A DNA stretch of 64,000 nt, taken from the NCBI GenBank assembly GCA_041673725.1, contig JBAYXD010000001.1, positions 23,760-87,759 on the forward strand, given 5' to 3'. Numbering within the stretch: position 1 is the stretch's first letter; the number at the start of each line of letters is the position of its first letter. Shown here one piece after another: positions 8,690 to 18,381 of this stretch. The position numbers were made by a program, and so were the translations under genes. The notes beneath the pieces are model-generated. The model did no database searches and was not told the DNA's origin. It saw only the letters and a list, made by a program, of their open reading frames with translations. Source of the DNA: Bacilli bacterium (GTDB taxonomy: Bacteria; Bacillota_I; Bacilli_A; RFN20; CAG-826).

Positions 8690-11278
8690 TTATAAATTTT
8701 TTAATTTTTCTTCGATTTCTTTTTTCTGCTCCTTATATTTTTCGTACTTATCTTTTTCTAAATCTAGTTTAGCTTTAGGGGCTTTTGCAATAAAGTTTTT
8801 GTTGCTTAAAAGTGCTTCACTACGCTTAATTTCAGCATTCATTTGCATTAAATCTTTCATTAAATTATCTTTTAGTTCGTCCTTATTTATATTATCTAAA
8901 ATATAAATAGTTAAATTTGATAAAACGATACTTGTTGAGTTTGGAACATCGTTTTTAACAATCTCTAAACTATTAGCAAATGAGAAACGATTAATATAAT
9001 CAAATAATTCTTCAATATTTTTATCGCATTTAATTCTAATATCAACATGTGCATTTGGAGCAAGTTTATTATTAACTTTATAAGTTCTAATCGCATTAAT
9101 TATTGAATTTAATGTTTCGCCTTTTTCTTCACATGATTTAAAAACAAGTTTCTTATCGTATTCTGGATAAGATTCAAGCATAATTGATTCTTTTTTATTT
9201 GGAAGATTTTGGTAAATTTCTTCAGTTATAAATGGCGAGAATGGATAAATCATCATTACGACAGCTTTTAAAACCTTAAGTAACGTGAAATAAACGCCTT
9301 CTTTATAGTATTTTTCGCTATTTAAACTAACTTTTGTCATTTCGATATAGAAAGAACAGAAGTCATCATAAACAAAGTTATATAAAACACTAGAGGCAAT
9401 TCCATACTCATATTTATCCATAGACTTAGTAACTTTTTGAATCGTTTGTTCGAGTTTTGAAAGAATAAATTTATCGACTGTGCCGAGCTTTTTAATATCA
9501 ATCTTAGTTTCGTTATAATCTTCAGGAATATTCATTAATATGTAACGTGCACTATTCCAAATCTTATTTAAATAGTTTTGGCAAGATCTGACCTTTTCTT
9601 CTGAATAACGCATATCTTGTCCTGGAGCTGCAGTTGTTGCTAAGAAATAACGTAAACTATCTACACCATATTTATCAATAACATCGAATGGGTCGATACC
9701 ATTTCCTAATGATTTGGACATCTTGCGACCTTGCGAATCACGGACTAAACCATGAATAACAATGTGCTTGAATGGTGTTTTATTAGTAAAATGCAATCCT
9801 TGGAAGTACATTCTAGCCACCCAAAAGAAAATAATATCGTATCCGGTAGACATACAATCTAAAGGATAATAACGTTCTAAATCCTTAGTTCTTTCAGGCC
9901 AACCCATAGTTCCAAAAGTCCATAAAGCACTTGAAAACCATGTATCTAGTACGTCTTCATCTTGAACCCAATTTCCACTATTATCAGGTATTTTATCGCT
10001 TACTAGTAGTTTATTAGTAGTTTCATTGTAATATACTGGTATTCTATGGCCCCACCATAATTGTCTACTTATACACCAATCATCACAATTAGACATCCAA
10101 CGCTCAAGAACTTTTTCAAATCTCTTAGGATAGAAAATAGCTTTATCAGCGGATTTTTGTTGTTTAAGAACTGCATCAGCTAATGGTTTCATTTTAACAA
10201 ACCATTGCTTAGATAATATTGGTTCAACTACTGCATCACTTCTTTCAGAATGGCCAACTTGGTGAATCATATCTTCAATTTTTACAAGATTGCCATCTTT
10301 TTTAATATTCTCTAAAAGTAATTCTCTACAATCATATCTATCCATACCAGCATATTTGCCAGTGTTTTCAGCCATAGTTCCATCAACATTCATAATAATA
10401 GGATGTGGTAAATTGTATTTTTGTCCAATAATCCAATCGTTTGGATCATGAGCAGGCGTGCATTTCATAGCACCAGTTCCGAACTTAATATCAACATATT
10501 CATCGGCGATAACAGGAAGTTCTTCACCATTTGCTGGGTTTATTACTTTTCTACCAATGCACTTCTTATATCGTTTATCGTTTGGATTAACGCAAATACA
10601 AGAATCGCCAAACATTGTTTCAGGTCTAGTTGTTGCAATTGTTAAGAATTCATCCTTGTTATCTACAAATACATATTTAAAATAATAAAAACTTCCTTTA
10701 TCCTCTTTATATATAACTTCAATATTGCTAAGAGCGGTCTTCATTTTTGGATCCCAATTAACAATTCTTTCGCCTCTATAAATTAATCCTTCATCATAAA
10801 GTTGTTTAAAAACTGTATAAACAACTTTTGAAAAACCTTCATCTAAGGTGAATCTTTCGCGAGAATAATCAAGCATTAAACCGGTTTTAGCCCATTGTTC
10901 ATGAATGATTTTACTATACTCATCCTTCCATGCATATGCTTGTTGCATGAATGCTTCTCTACCTATTTTAAAACGAGAAGTACCCATCTCAGCTAATCTT
11001 TTATCTACCTTAGCTTGTGTAGCAATGCCTGCATGATCGCATCCAGGTAAATATAAAACATCAAAGCCTTTAGCCTTTTTATATCTACAAGTTATATCTT
11101 GAATTGTGGTATCGAGCGTATGGCCAATATGTAGTTTTCCAGTAACATTTGGAGGAGGAATAACCATAGAAAATTTTTCTTTACTAACATCTCCTGCAGT
11201 AAAGTATCCCTTGTTCTTCCAATTCTCATATTTACCTTCTTCAACTTTTTTAAAGTCATAACGTGTTTCTAATGCCAT
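8690..11278 (-). CDS. valS: valine--tRNA ligase
   Basis: HIGH motif (KLHIGH), KMSKS motif, 862 aa, C-terminal coiled coil; Trp codons are TGG. Confidence 0.95.
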   Translation of the reverse strand: MALETRYDFKKVEEGKYENWKNKGYFTAGDVSKEKFSMVIPPPNVTGKLHIGHTLDTTIQDITCRYKKAKGFDVLYLPGCDHAGIATQAKVDKRLAEMGTSRFKIGREAFMQQAYAWKDEYSKIIHEQWAKTGLMLDYSRERFTLDEGFSKVVYTVFKQLYDEGLIYRGERIVNWDPKMKTALSNIEVIYKEDKGSFYYFKYVFVDNKDEFLTIATTRPETMFGDSCICVNPNDKRYKKCIGRKVINPANGEELPVIADEYVDIKFGTGAMKCTPAHDPNDWIIGQKYNLPHPIIMNVDGTMAENTGKYAGMDRYDCRELLLENIKKDGNLVKIEDMIHQVGHSERSDAVVEPILSKQWFVKMKPLADAVLKQQKSADKAIFYPKRFEKVLERWMSNCDDWCISRQLWWGHRIPVYYNETTNKLLVSDKIPDNSGNWVQDEDVLDTWFSSALWTFGTMGWPERTKDLERYYPLDCMSTGYDIIFFWVARMYFQGLHFTNKTPFKHIVIHGLVRDSQGRKMSKSLGNGIDPFDVIDKYGVDSLRYFLATTAAPGQDMRYSEEKVRSCQNYLNKIWNSARYILMNIPEDYNETKIDIKKLGTVDKFILSKLEQTIQKVTKSMDKYEYGIASSVLYNFVYDDFCSFYIEMTKVSLNSEKYYKEGVYFTLLKVLKAVVMMIYPFSPFITEEIYQNLPNKKESIMLESYPEYDKKLVFKSCEEKGETLNSIINAIRTYKVNNKLAPNAHVDIRIKCDKNIEELFDYINRFSFANSLEIVKNDVPNSTSIVLSNLTIYILDNINKDELKDNLMKDLMQMNAEIKRSEALLSNKNFIAKAPKAKLDLEKDKYEKYKEQKKEIEEKLKNL

Positions 11279-11287
11279 AAAACTCTC

Positions 11288-11920
11288 CTATTTCAATTCA
11301 CTATCTATCTTATTTTTAAGACCAATCAAACTTTTCTTATCTTTAATACTAACCATTAAAACCGAATTGTTGGCATCCTGTCCAAACTTTTGAACAAGAT
11401 TTTTTATAATTTGTGCTTTGCCACTTTGATTAAGTTTATCACATTTAGTCATGACAAGAACATAATGATAACCAGTCTCTTTAACATAATTATAAAAATC
11501 CAAATCATCATCGCTAGGTTCATGGCGACTATCAAGCAAGAAAACAATTAATTTCAAATATTTGTTATCAGTGAAATAGTCTTCAATCATTTTTCCATAA
11601 AACTCATAATCAACATCTTTTTTACGACTAAATCCATATCCTGGACAATCTACAAAATAGAATTTATCTTCAACAATATAATAGTTTAAAAGACGAGTAT
11701 GACCAGGTTTATTTGATGTGAAGGCAAGATTTTTTTGATTGACTAAGGAATTTAATAAACTTGATTTTCCAACATTACTTTTTCCAACAAAAATCACTTC
11801 CTGGAGTCTTTTCTCAGGAAGTGATTTAACCCCATCACATGATTTAATAAAAACCGCCTTGCTAAAATAATAATCAGCCATATTATTCTCCGCCAAAGAC
11901 AATTTTATAGGCATCATCAA
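11288..11920 (-). CDS. engB: ribosome biogenesis GTP-binding protein EngB/YsxC
   Basis: G1 motif GKSNVGKSSLLNSL, about 200 aa, downstream of lon as in Bacillus. Confidence 0.85.
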   Translation of the reverse strand: MMMPIKLSLAENNMADYYFSKAVFIKSCDGVKSLPEKRLQEVIFVGKSNVGKSSLLNSLVNQKNLAFTSNKPGHTRLLNYYIVEDKFYFVDCPGYGFSRKKDVDYEFYGKMIEDYFTDNKYLKLIVFLLDSRHEPSDDDLDFYNYVKETGYHYVLVMTKCDKLNQSGKAQIIKNLVQKFGQDANNSVLMVSIKDKKSLIGLKNKIDSELK

Positions 11921-14213
11921 CGCATGTCATATATTCAATCTTCAAATTATCTTGGACTTCTTTTGGAAGTTCACTAACATTATTTTTATTCTTAATTGGA
12001 ACAATTATCATCTTTATTCCACTTCTTAAAGCGGCTAAAGATTTTTCTCTTAAACCACCGATAGGAAGAGCGTTACCTCTTAAAGTAACTTCACCAGTCA
12101 TAGCAATATCACCACTAACAGGTTTATTCTTTAAACTTGAAATAATAGCAATTGTAATTGCAACACCAGCTGATGGACCATCTTTTGGAACAGCACCTTC
12201 TGGTACGTGTACATGAATATCATTCTTATCAAAAATACTAGAATCAATGTCGTATTTCTTGGCATTACTACGAACATAATCAAGTGCAATAGAACATGAT
12301 TCTTTCATAACATCACCTAATTTTCCAGTTAAAACAAGATTGCCTTTTCCTGGGAAGTAAGTGACTTCAATTGGGAGAATATCTCCACCATACTCAGTAT
12401 AAGCAAGACCAGTTACAACACCAACTTGACTGCCTTTTTCTTTCTGAGTACTGTCAAAAATCTCAATACCAAGATATGTTTTTACATCATGAGGTTTAAT
12501 TTCAATAGATGTAAACTTTTTATTGATAATATCAACGCAAACTTTTCGACAAATACTATTAATTAATCTTTCGAGTTCCCGAACACCGGATTCTCTAGTG
12601 TATCTTTCAATCATAAAATCAATAGAACTATCGGTAAACGTAATAACCTCATCAGTTAATCCATTATTCTTAATTGCTTTTTCAACCAAGTGTTCTTTAG
12701 CAATATGTAATTTTTCAATTGCTGTATAACTATTTAATTCGATTAATTCGAGACGATCAAGTAAAGGAGCTGGAATATTTTCAAGATAGTTTGCCGTACA
12801 AATAAAGAGAACATTTGATAAATCAAAAGGTTCTTCAATAAAGTTATCAGTAAATTCTTTATTTTGTTCTGGATCAAGAACTTCAAGTAAAGCACTTGCA
12901 GGATTTCCATGATAAGACTTATCGAGTTTATCGATTTCATCAAGCAAAAATACAGGATTGTTCGTCTTTGCACGTTTTAATCCTTGAATAATTCTTCCTG
13001 GAGCACTACCAACATAAGTTCGTTTAAATCCACGAATTTCAGCCTCATCGCTTATGCCACCTAAACTAGATTTAACAAAGTTTCGTCCAAGCGCACGCGC
13101 TATAGATTTAGCTAAACTTGTTTTACCAGTTCCTGGAGGTCCATAAAAACAAAGGATAGGAGCTTTTAAATTGCCTGTCATTTGTTTAACGGCTAAATAT
13201 TCAAGAATTCTCTTCTTTGGCTTTTCAAGACCATAATGATCTTCATCAAGAATCTTTTCAACATCCTTTAAATTATTATTGTCTTTAGTCTCTTTTGACC
13301 ATGGTAAGCTTAAAAGTAAGTCAATATAAGTACGAATAAGACTAGATTCAAGCGAACCTTGAGGAAGCATTTCATACTTCTTCATTTCATCTTTAACTTT
13401 AGTCTTAATATTATCGGGATAATCACCCTTTTCAACTTTATCAATAATATGGTCAGGATCAGAATCATCATCGCCTTCACCTAACTCTTTCTTAATGGCT
13501 TTAAGTTTTTCTCTTAAGAAATATTCTTTTTGACTCTTTTCGGCTGAATCACGAACTTCATTTTGAATCTTTTGTTCAATTTCAGCGTCTTTAACAAGAG
13601 CCTTACAAATAATAATAAGTTTTAATAAACGGTCATTAGTATCTTTAGCTTCAAGAAGTTCTTCTTTTTGTTCAAGCGAACAATTAACATTCATACTTAA
13701 AAGATATGAAACTTCAGTTGCACTAATACCTTTAGTCAATCTATTAACAACATCTTTTGCATTTGATTCTAAAAGGACTGCTCCTTGGAATTTTTGCAAT
13801 ACATCAAACAAATTTTTAATTATCAGTTCTTCTTCTTTTGGATCTCCACTAACTTCAGGATAGATGATAGCATCGCAAAATATTGTTTCATTGAGTAAAG
13901 AATAATTTGAAATCTTTACACGATCAATAGCAACAAGTTTTGCTTTTAAACCACCCTTTACAGGTCCAACTTGAGAAATCCTACAAACCGTACCGACACT
14001 AAAAAGATCATCTAAGCCGTCAATTTGGTCTTTAGATGGATCTTTTTGTGAAACAATTAAAACATACGAATCATAGGTTGTTTGGGAATTATTTACAGCG
14101 TTGAGTGAAATTTTGCGCTCTATATATATAGTATCTGATTGACCAGGGAATAATATAAATCCTCTAGTAACAAGAACTGGTAGATTAAAAGGAACGTTTT
14201 GTTCAAACTTCAT
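11883..14213 (-). CDS. lon: ATP-dependent protease Lon
   Basis: Walker A GPPGTGKTSLA; protease active-site motif PKDGPSAG; 776 aa. Confidence 0.95.
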   Translation of the reverse strand: MKFEQNVPFNLPVLVTRGFILFPGQSDTIYIERKISLNAVNNSQTTYDSYVLIVSQKDPSKDQIDGLDDLFSVGTVCRISQVGPVKGGLKAKLVAIDRVKISNYSLLNETIFCDAIIYPEVSGDPKEEELIIKNLFDVLQKFQGAVLLESNAKDVVNRLTKGISATEVSYLLSMNVNCSLEQKEELLEAKDTNDRLLKLIIICKALVKDAEIEQKIQNEVRDSAEKSQKEYFLREKLKAIKKELGEGDDDSDPDHIIDKVEKGDYPDNIKTKVKDEMKKYEMLPQGSLESSLIRTYIDLLLSLPWSKETKDNNNLKDVEKILDEDHYGLEKPKKRILEYLAVKQMTGNLKAPILCFYGPPGTGKTSLAKSIARALGRNFVKSSLGGISDEAEIRGFKRTYVGSAPGRIIQGLKRAKTNNPVFLLDEIDKLDKSYHGNPASALLEVLDPEQNKEFTDNFIEEPFDLSNVLFICTANYLENIPAPLLDRLELIELNSYTAIEKLHIAKEHLVEKAIKNNGLTDEVITFTDSSIDFMIERYTRESGVRELERLINSICRKVCVDIINKKFTSIEIKPHDVKTYLGIEIFDSTQKEKGSQVGVVTGLAYTEYGGDILPIEVTYFPGKGNLVLTGKLGDVMKESCSIALDYVRSNAKKYDIDSSIFDKNDIHVHVPEGAVPKDGPSAGVAITIAIISSLKNKPVSGDIAMTGEVTLRGNALPIGGLREKSLAALRSGIKMIIVPIKNKNNVSELPKEVQDNLKIEYMTCVDDAYKIVFGGE

Positions 14214-14238
14214 TCGATAACCTCCTTAGCAACTATAA

Positions 14239-15582
14239 TTACTTAGCTGCTTTTTTATCTTCAGTTTTCTTTGAATCTGCTTTTTTAGCAGCAGGTTTTT
14301 CTTCTTTAGTATTGTTAGCAATAACAAATTTTTCAATCTTGCCTTGAATAAGTTGTTCTCTTAATTTGCTTTCTTGTGGTTTTAAAGCTTTTTCAACTTC
14401 TTCTACTTTCATACCATAAGTCTTAGCAAGGTTAGCATAGTAATCTTGAATTTCATTTGGAGCAACAACTAATTTTTCAACTTCACCAATCTTATTTAAG
14501 ACTAAGAATTGAGTTAATCTAGCTTTAGCTTCTGATTGGAATTGTTCTTCAAGTTGAGCATCATTTAAACCAGTAATCTCTTTATATTGATCAAAACTTA
14601 AACCATTTTGTTGGATTTGATTGACCATATCTTTCTTAACAGCTGCTGTTTCGCTTGCAATAACTTGTGGAGCAACAACAACTTTAGCGTCATCAACAAT
14701 AGCTTTTAAGATATCGTTGAATTGCTTATCTTTAGCTTGAGAAACTTTTTTGTTATTAATGTCATCTTTAACATGCTTTTCAAGAGTCTTAACATCAGTA
14801 ACACCAGGTAAATTTAAACCTTTTGCGAAATCATCGGTAATTTCTGGATATTTCTTAGTTTTAACTTCATGAACCATACAGACAAATTTAGCTTTCTTAC
14901 CAGCTAATTCTTTAACATAGTGTTCAGGGAAGGTAACTTCAACATCAACTTTTGATTCTGGTTTAGCACCGATTAATTGGTCTTCAAAACCAGGAATAAA
15001 TGAATTGCTTCCAAGGACAAGGGAGTAGTTATCACTGCTTCCGCCTTCGAATTCTTTTCCATCAACATAACCTTTGAAATCCATAACAACTGTATCACCC
15101 TTAGCAGCTGGAGCATCAGTTTTAAGGACCCATTCAGCGTTTTGTTCTCTTAAGTGATCAACACCTTCTTTAACATCTTCATCACTAACACTGACTTTTT
15201 CTAGAGGAACATTGATACCTTTATACTTTCCAAGAGTAACTTCTGGGAAGCAAACGATTGTAAAAACAACCTCTAATTCAGTTGGACTAACTTTAGTTGG
15301 TCTAACATCTGGTCTATAGAAAACATTTAATTTATGTTCACTAACAACATCGCTAAACATCTTTGGAAGAACAATGTTCATAGCTTCTTCAAACATTTGT
15401 CCGCCGGAAATTCTTTCTTTAGCAAGATTAAGAGGGGCTTTACCCTTTCTAAAACCTTTAACTTGGACACCTTCTGCTAATTTTGCATATGCTTTATCTT
15501 GAGCATTGGTCCAATCTTTACCACCAATAGAGGCAGTAACTTCATAAACAGCATTTCCCTTATCAATTAATTTTGTAGCCAT
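14239..15582 (-). CDS. tig: trigger factor
   Basis: N-terminal ribosome-binding signature GFRKGKAP, central PPIase domain, 447 aa. Confidence 0.9.
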   Translation of the reverse strand: MATKLIDKGNAVYEVTASIGGKDWTNAQDKAYAKLAEGVQVKGFRKGKAPLNLAKERISGGQMFEEAMNIVLPKMFSDVVSEHKLNVFYRPDVRPTKVSPTELEVVFTIVCFPEVTLGKYKGINVPLEKVSVSDEDVKEGVDHLREQNAEWVLKTDAPAAKGDTVVMDFKGYVDGKEFEGGSSDNYSLVLGSNSFIPGFEDQLIGAKPESKVDVEVTFPEHYVKELAGKKAKFVCMVHEVKTKKYPEITDDFAKGLNLPGVTDVKTLEKHVKDDINNKKVSQAKDKQFNDILKAIVDDAKVVVAPQVIASETAAVKKDMVNQIQQNGLSFDQYKEITGLNDAQLEEQFQSEAKARLTQFLVLNKIGEVEKLVVAPNEIQDYYANLAKTYGMKVEEVEKALKPQESKLREQLIQGKIEKFVIANNTKEEKPAAKKADSKKTEDKKAAK

Positions 15583-15686
15583 ATTTAAAAAACTTCTCCT
15601 TATTCATTTGCGTACGATTAAAATTATATATTAGATTAAAATCTAATACAACAAAAAAGCATGGTAATTTTAAACTTAAAACTCTT

Positions 15687-16622
15687 CTAATATTCGCTTT
15701 CAATTATAGCGACTATATCGGAATATTTATCCATTTTATTTTTAGTAATATTTAGTTCTTTATAATAGTTATCATCATTTAAACTTACGCTATACATTTT
15801 ACAAGCTGATTTTATTAAGGCGCCAATGAAACTATCGAGATCATTTTCTTCGATTTCATCAGGTAAACAATAAATAAAAGCTGGTCTAGCGATAACTGAA
15901 ACATAGTTAAATATGCTTATATTTTTTTCAGTCATACTCATCTCTTTTAACTTAGAGCTTAGAAGCTTTTCAAATGAAGAAACATATGTGTAATAATCTC
16001 CGGGAATTATCGAGTAATATCGATTATTTTTCTTAAATGTTATCCTCTTATTTACTTTCGCATACATGGCATATTCAAGCAATAAAGAATAACTAGAATC
16101 AAAAGACATGTTTGTTTCGAGATAATTAACAACAACATCCTTGCAGGAAACACCTTGAGACTCTAATTCAAAAAGTTTTTTGATAGCATAAAGCTTTTCT
16201 TCTTTCACACCACTACTCAGCATTTCTTTAATATTATTTATGCTTGCGTCCTTATTTGGGTCAGATTGTTCAAAGTATTCTTTAAGTTGTTTTAAGTACT
16301 CGTCCATGCCATTTAAGTATTCTTCAGTTTTTTGATTAACATAAGGTAAACTCTTGAAATGCTCCTTTTCTTTTTCTAAATCATCGTATCTTTTAAAATA
16401 AATCAACAAAAAGAAAAGAGCTTTACTACTACTAATTAAATCCCATTTTTCTACTTTTTCTCTACTTTTGTAGTATTCATTTAATGCTTCCTCGTATTTA
16501 TAGGTAGCTTCCAAACTCAAAATATTAAAAAGAAGATCTTCGGCATCATTTACATCAATTTGTTCGGCTAAAATGCTTTCATATAAGCCTTTTTCAAAAA
16601 GTTCTTTTATTTTTTTACTCAT
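15687..16622 (-). CDS. hypothetical cytoplasmic protein (about 311 aa), no recognisable family
   Basis: long ORF with likely start at MSKKIKELF (the longer track ORF would overlap uvrC by about 30 nt); no TM or signal peptide; no motif recognised. Confidence 0.45.
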   Translation of the reverse strand: MSKKIKELFEKGLYESILAEQIDVNDAEDLLFNILSLEATYKYEEALNEYYKSREKVEKWDLISSSKALFFLLIYFKRYDDLEKEKEHFKSLPYVNQKTEEYLNGMDEYLKQLKEYFEQSDPNKDASINNIKEMLSSGVKEEKLYAIKKLFELESQGVSCKDVVVNYLETNMSFDSSYSLLLEYAMYAKVNKRITFKKNNRYYSIIPGDYYTYVSSFEKLLSSKLKEMSMTEKNISIFNYVSVIARPAFIYCLPDEIEENDLDSFIGALIKSACKMYSVSLNDDNYYKELNITKNKMDKYSDIVAIIESEY

Positions 16623-16623
16623 C

Positions 16624-18381
16624 TTATAAACCTCGTATTTTATTATATAGTTCAATCGCTACTTTTGCAGGAATAATTTGCTTTAATTCAGCAATTGAAG
16701 CATTTTTTAAATCATTTATTGTTGGATAGGCTTTATTTAAAAGTTCACATCTTTTTAATCCTAAACCATCGATTCCATCGTAAACACTCTTATACATCGA
16801 TTTATTTCTTTGGTTTCTATGGGAACTGATTGCGAATCTATGAACCTCGTCTTGCATCCTTGTTAACATAAAGAATAAAGGCTTATTGTCATCCAAATTT
16901 ATCACTTCACCATTTGAATTCATAAGAGAATTTGTTCGATGCTTGTCACTTTTTACCAATCCTGCAAGGTTAATTTTAAGCGATAGTTTATCTAGCACTT
17001 CTTTTACTACATTTATTTGTTCTAAACCACCATCAAGCAATATAAGATCAGGATAATCTTGACCTTCTTCTTTCAATCTTGAGTACCTTCTAAAAATTAC
17101 TTCACGCATGCTTGATAAGTCATCTTTTTTGTTTTGTGATTCAATGTTGAATTTTCGATACATCTTTTTGTTAGGTTCACCGTTAATGAAACAAACCATT
17201 GCTCCTATAGCGTTTGTTCCTTGAAGATGAGAATTATCAAATAACTCGATTCTAAATGGAGTCTTGATTTTAAGCAAATTGCCTAAAGATTCAAGAATTT
17301 CTAACTTATCATCCTCTAATCTTGCGCTCATAAAATGCTCATCTAATCCTTCTTTTGCATTAATTTGAGCAATTGAAATTAGATCATATAATTTCCCTTT
17401 TGTTGGATTTAATACATTAGTATCGATGGCTCCATCTAACAATTCTTTTACTTCACTATTTCCAACAACAACTTCTTTAGGAAGAGAATTATATTGATAA
17501 TATTGAAATATCATGTCGCTAACAAAATCATCAATTTCTCCGATTAATTCATAGACATAACTTCTTTTTGAAATCAATATACCTTTTCGAACAATTAAAA
17601 TAGCAAGACAAAGATAGCCTTCACGAATATTATAGGCAAAAACATCGGCATTATCGTTATTTAATAGTTCTACATCTTGTTTATCATTGATATGATTTAA
17701 ACTATCAAGAATCTTCTTATATTCTTCTGCATTTTCATAATCTAGGTTGTCACTATAAGTTTTTATTCTTGCCTTAACATCATTAACTAGACTTTTATTA
17801 TCGCCTTTTAAAAATTTACGAATATTCTCGATAATTTCATCGTATTGTTCTTTCTTAATCTTGTTAATGCATGGAGCTAAACATTGACCCATATGATAAT
17901 ACAAACAAGCTTCATTAGGAACGTTTCTACACTTTCTTAATGGGTAAAACTTATTTAAAATATTTATCATTTCATAAGCATTTGTAGATTCAGGAAAAGG
18001 TCCAAAGTATTCACATCTTTTATCATTTACATTTCTAGCAATTGATATATATGGATCCTTAACTTTATGAATAGCTATATATGGATAATGCTTATCATCT
18101 TTAAGCAAAATATTATATCTAGGAAGATGCTTTTGAATTAGATTCATTTCCAAAATAAATGCTTCTTTTTCTGTGTTTGTAATAATTATTTCAAAATGGT
18201 CAACATGAAAAACCATTGCTGCAGTCTTGCCAGTATGAGGCCTTGTAAAATATTGAGTTACCCTATTTTTTAGGTTTTTAGCTTTGCCAATATAAATGAT
18301 TTTATCATCGATGTCATGCATTAAATAACATCCTGGTTTATTAGGAAGTAAATTTATTTCATTTTGTAATCTTTCGTTCAT
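16624..18381 (-). CDS. uvrC: excinuclease ABC subunit C
   Basis: GIY-YIG N-terminus (CYLMHDIDDKIIYIGKAKNLKNRV), C-terminal HhH, 585 aa. Confidence 0.9.
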   Translation of the reverse strand: MNERLQNEINLLPNKPGCYLMHDIDDKIIYIGKAKNLKNRVTQYFTRPHTGKTAAMVFHVDHFEIIITNTEKEAFILEMNLIQKHLPRYNILLKDDKHYPYIAIHKVKDPYISIARNVNDKRCEYFGPFPESTNAYEMINILNKFYPLRKCRNVPNEACLYYHMGQCLAPCINKIKKEQYDEIIENIRKFLKGDNKSLVNDVKARIKTYSDNLDYENAEEYKKILDSLNHINDKQDVELLNNDNADVFAYNIREGYLCLAILIVRKGILISKRSYVYELIGEIDDFVSDMIFQYYQYNSLPKEVVVGNSEVKELLDGAIDTNVLNPTKGKLYDLISIAQINAKEGLDEHFMSARLEDDKLEILESLGNLLKIKTPFRIELFDNSHLQGTNAIGAMVCFINGEPNKKMYRKFNIESQNKKDDLSSMREVIFRRYSRLKEEGQDYPDLILLDGGLEQINVVKEVLDKLSLKINLAGLVKSDKHRTNSLMNSNGEVINLDDNKPLFFMLTRMQDEVHRFAISSHRNQRNKSMYKSVYDGIDGLGLKRCELLNKAYPTINDLKNASIAELKQIIPAKVAIELYNKIRGL

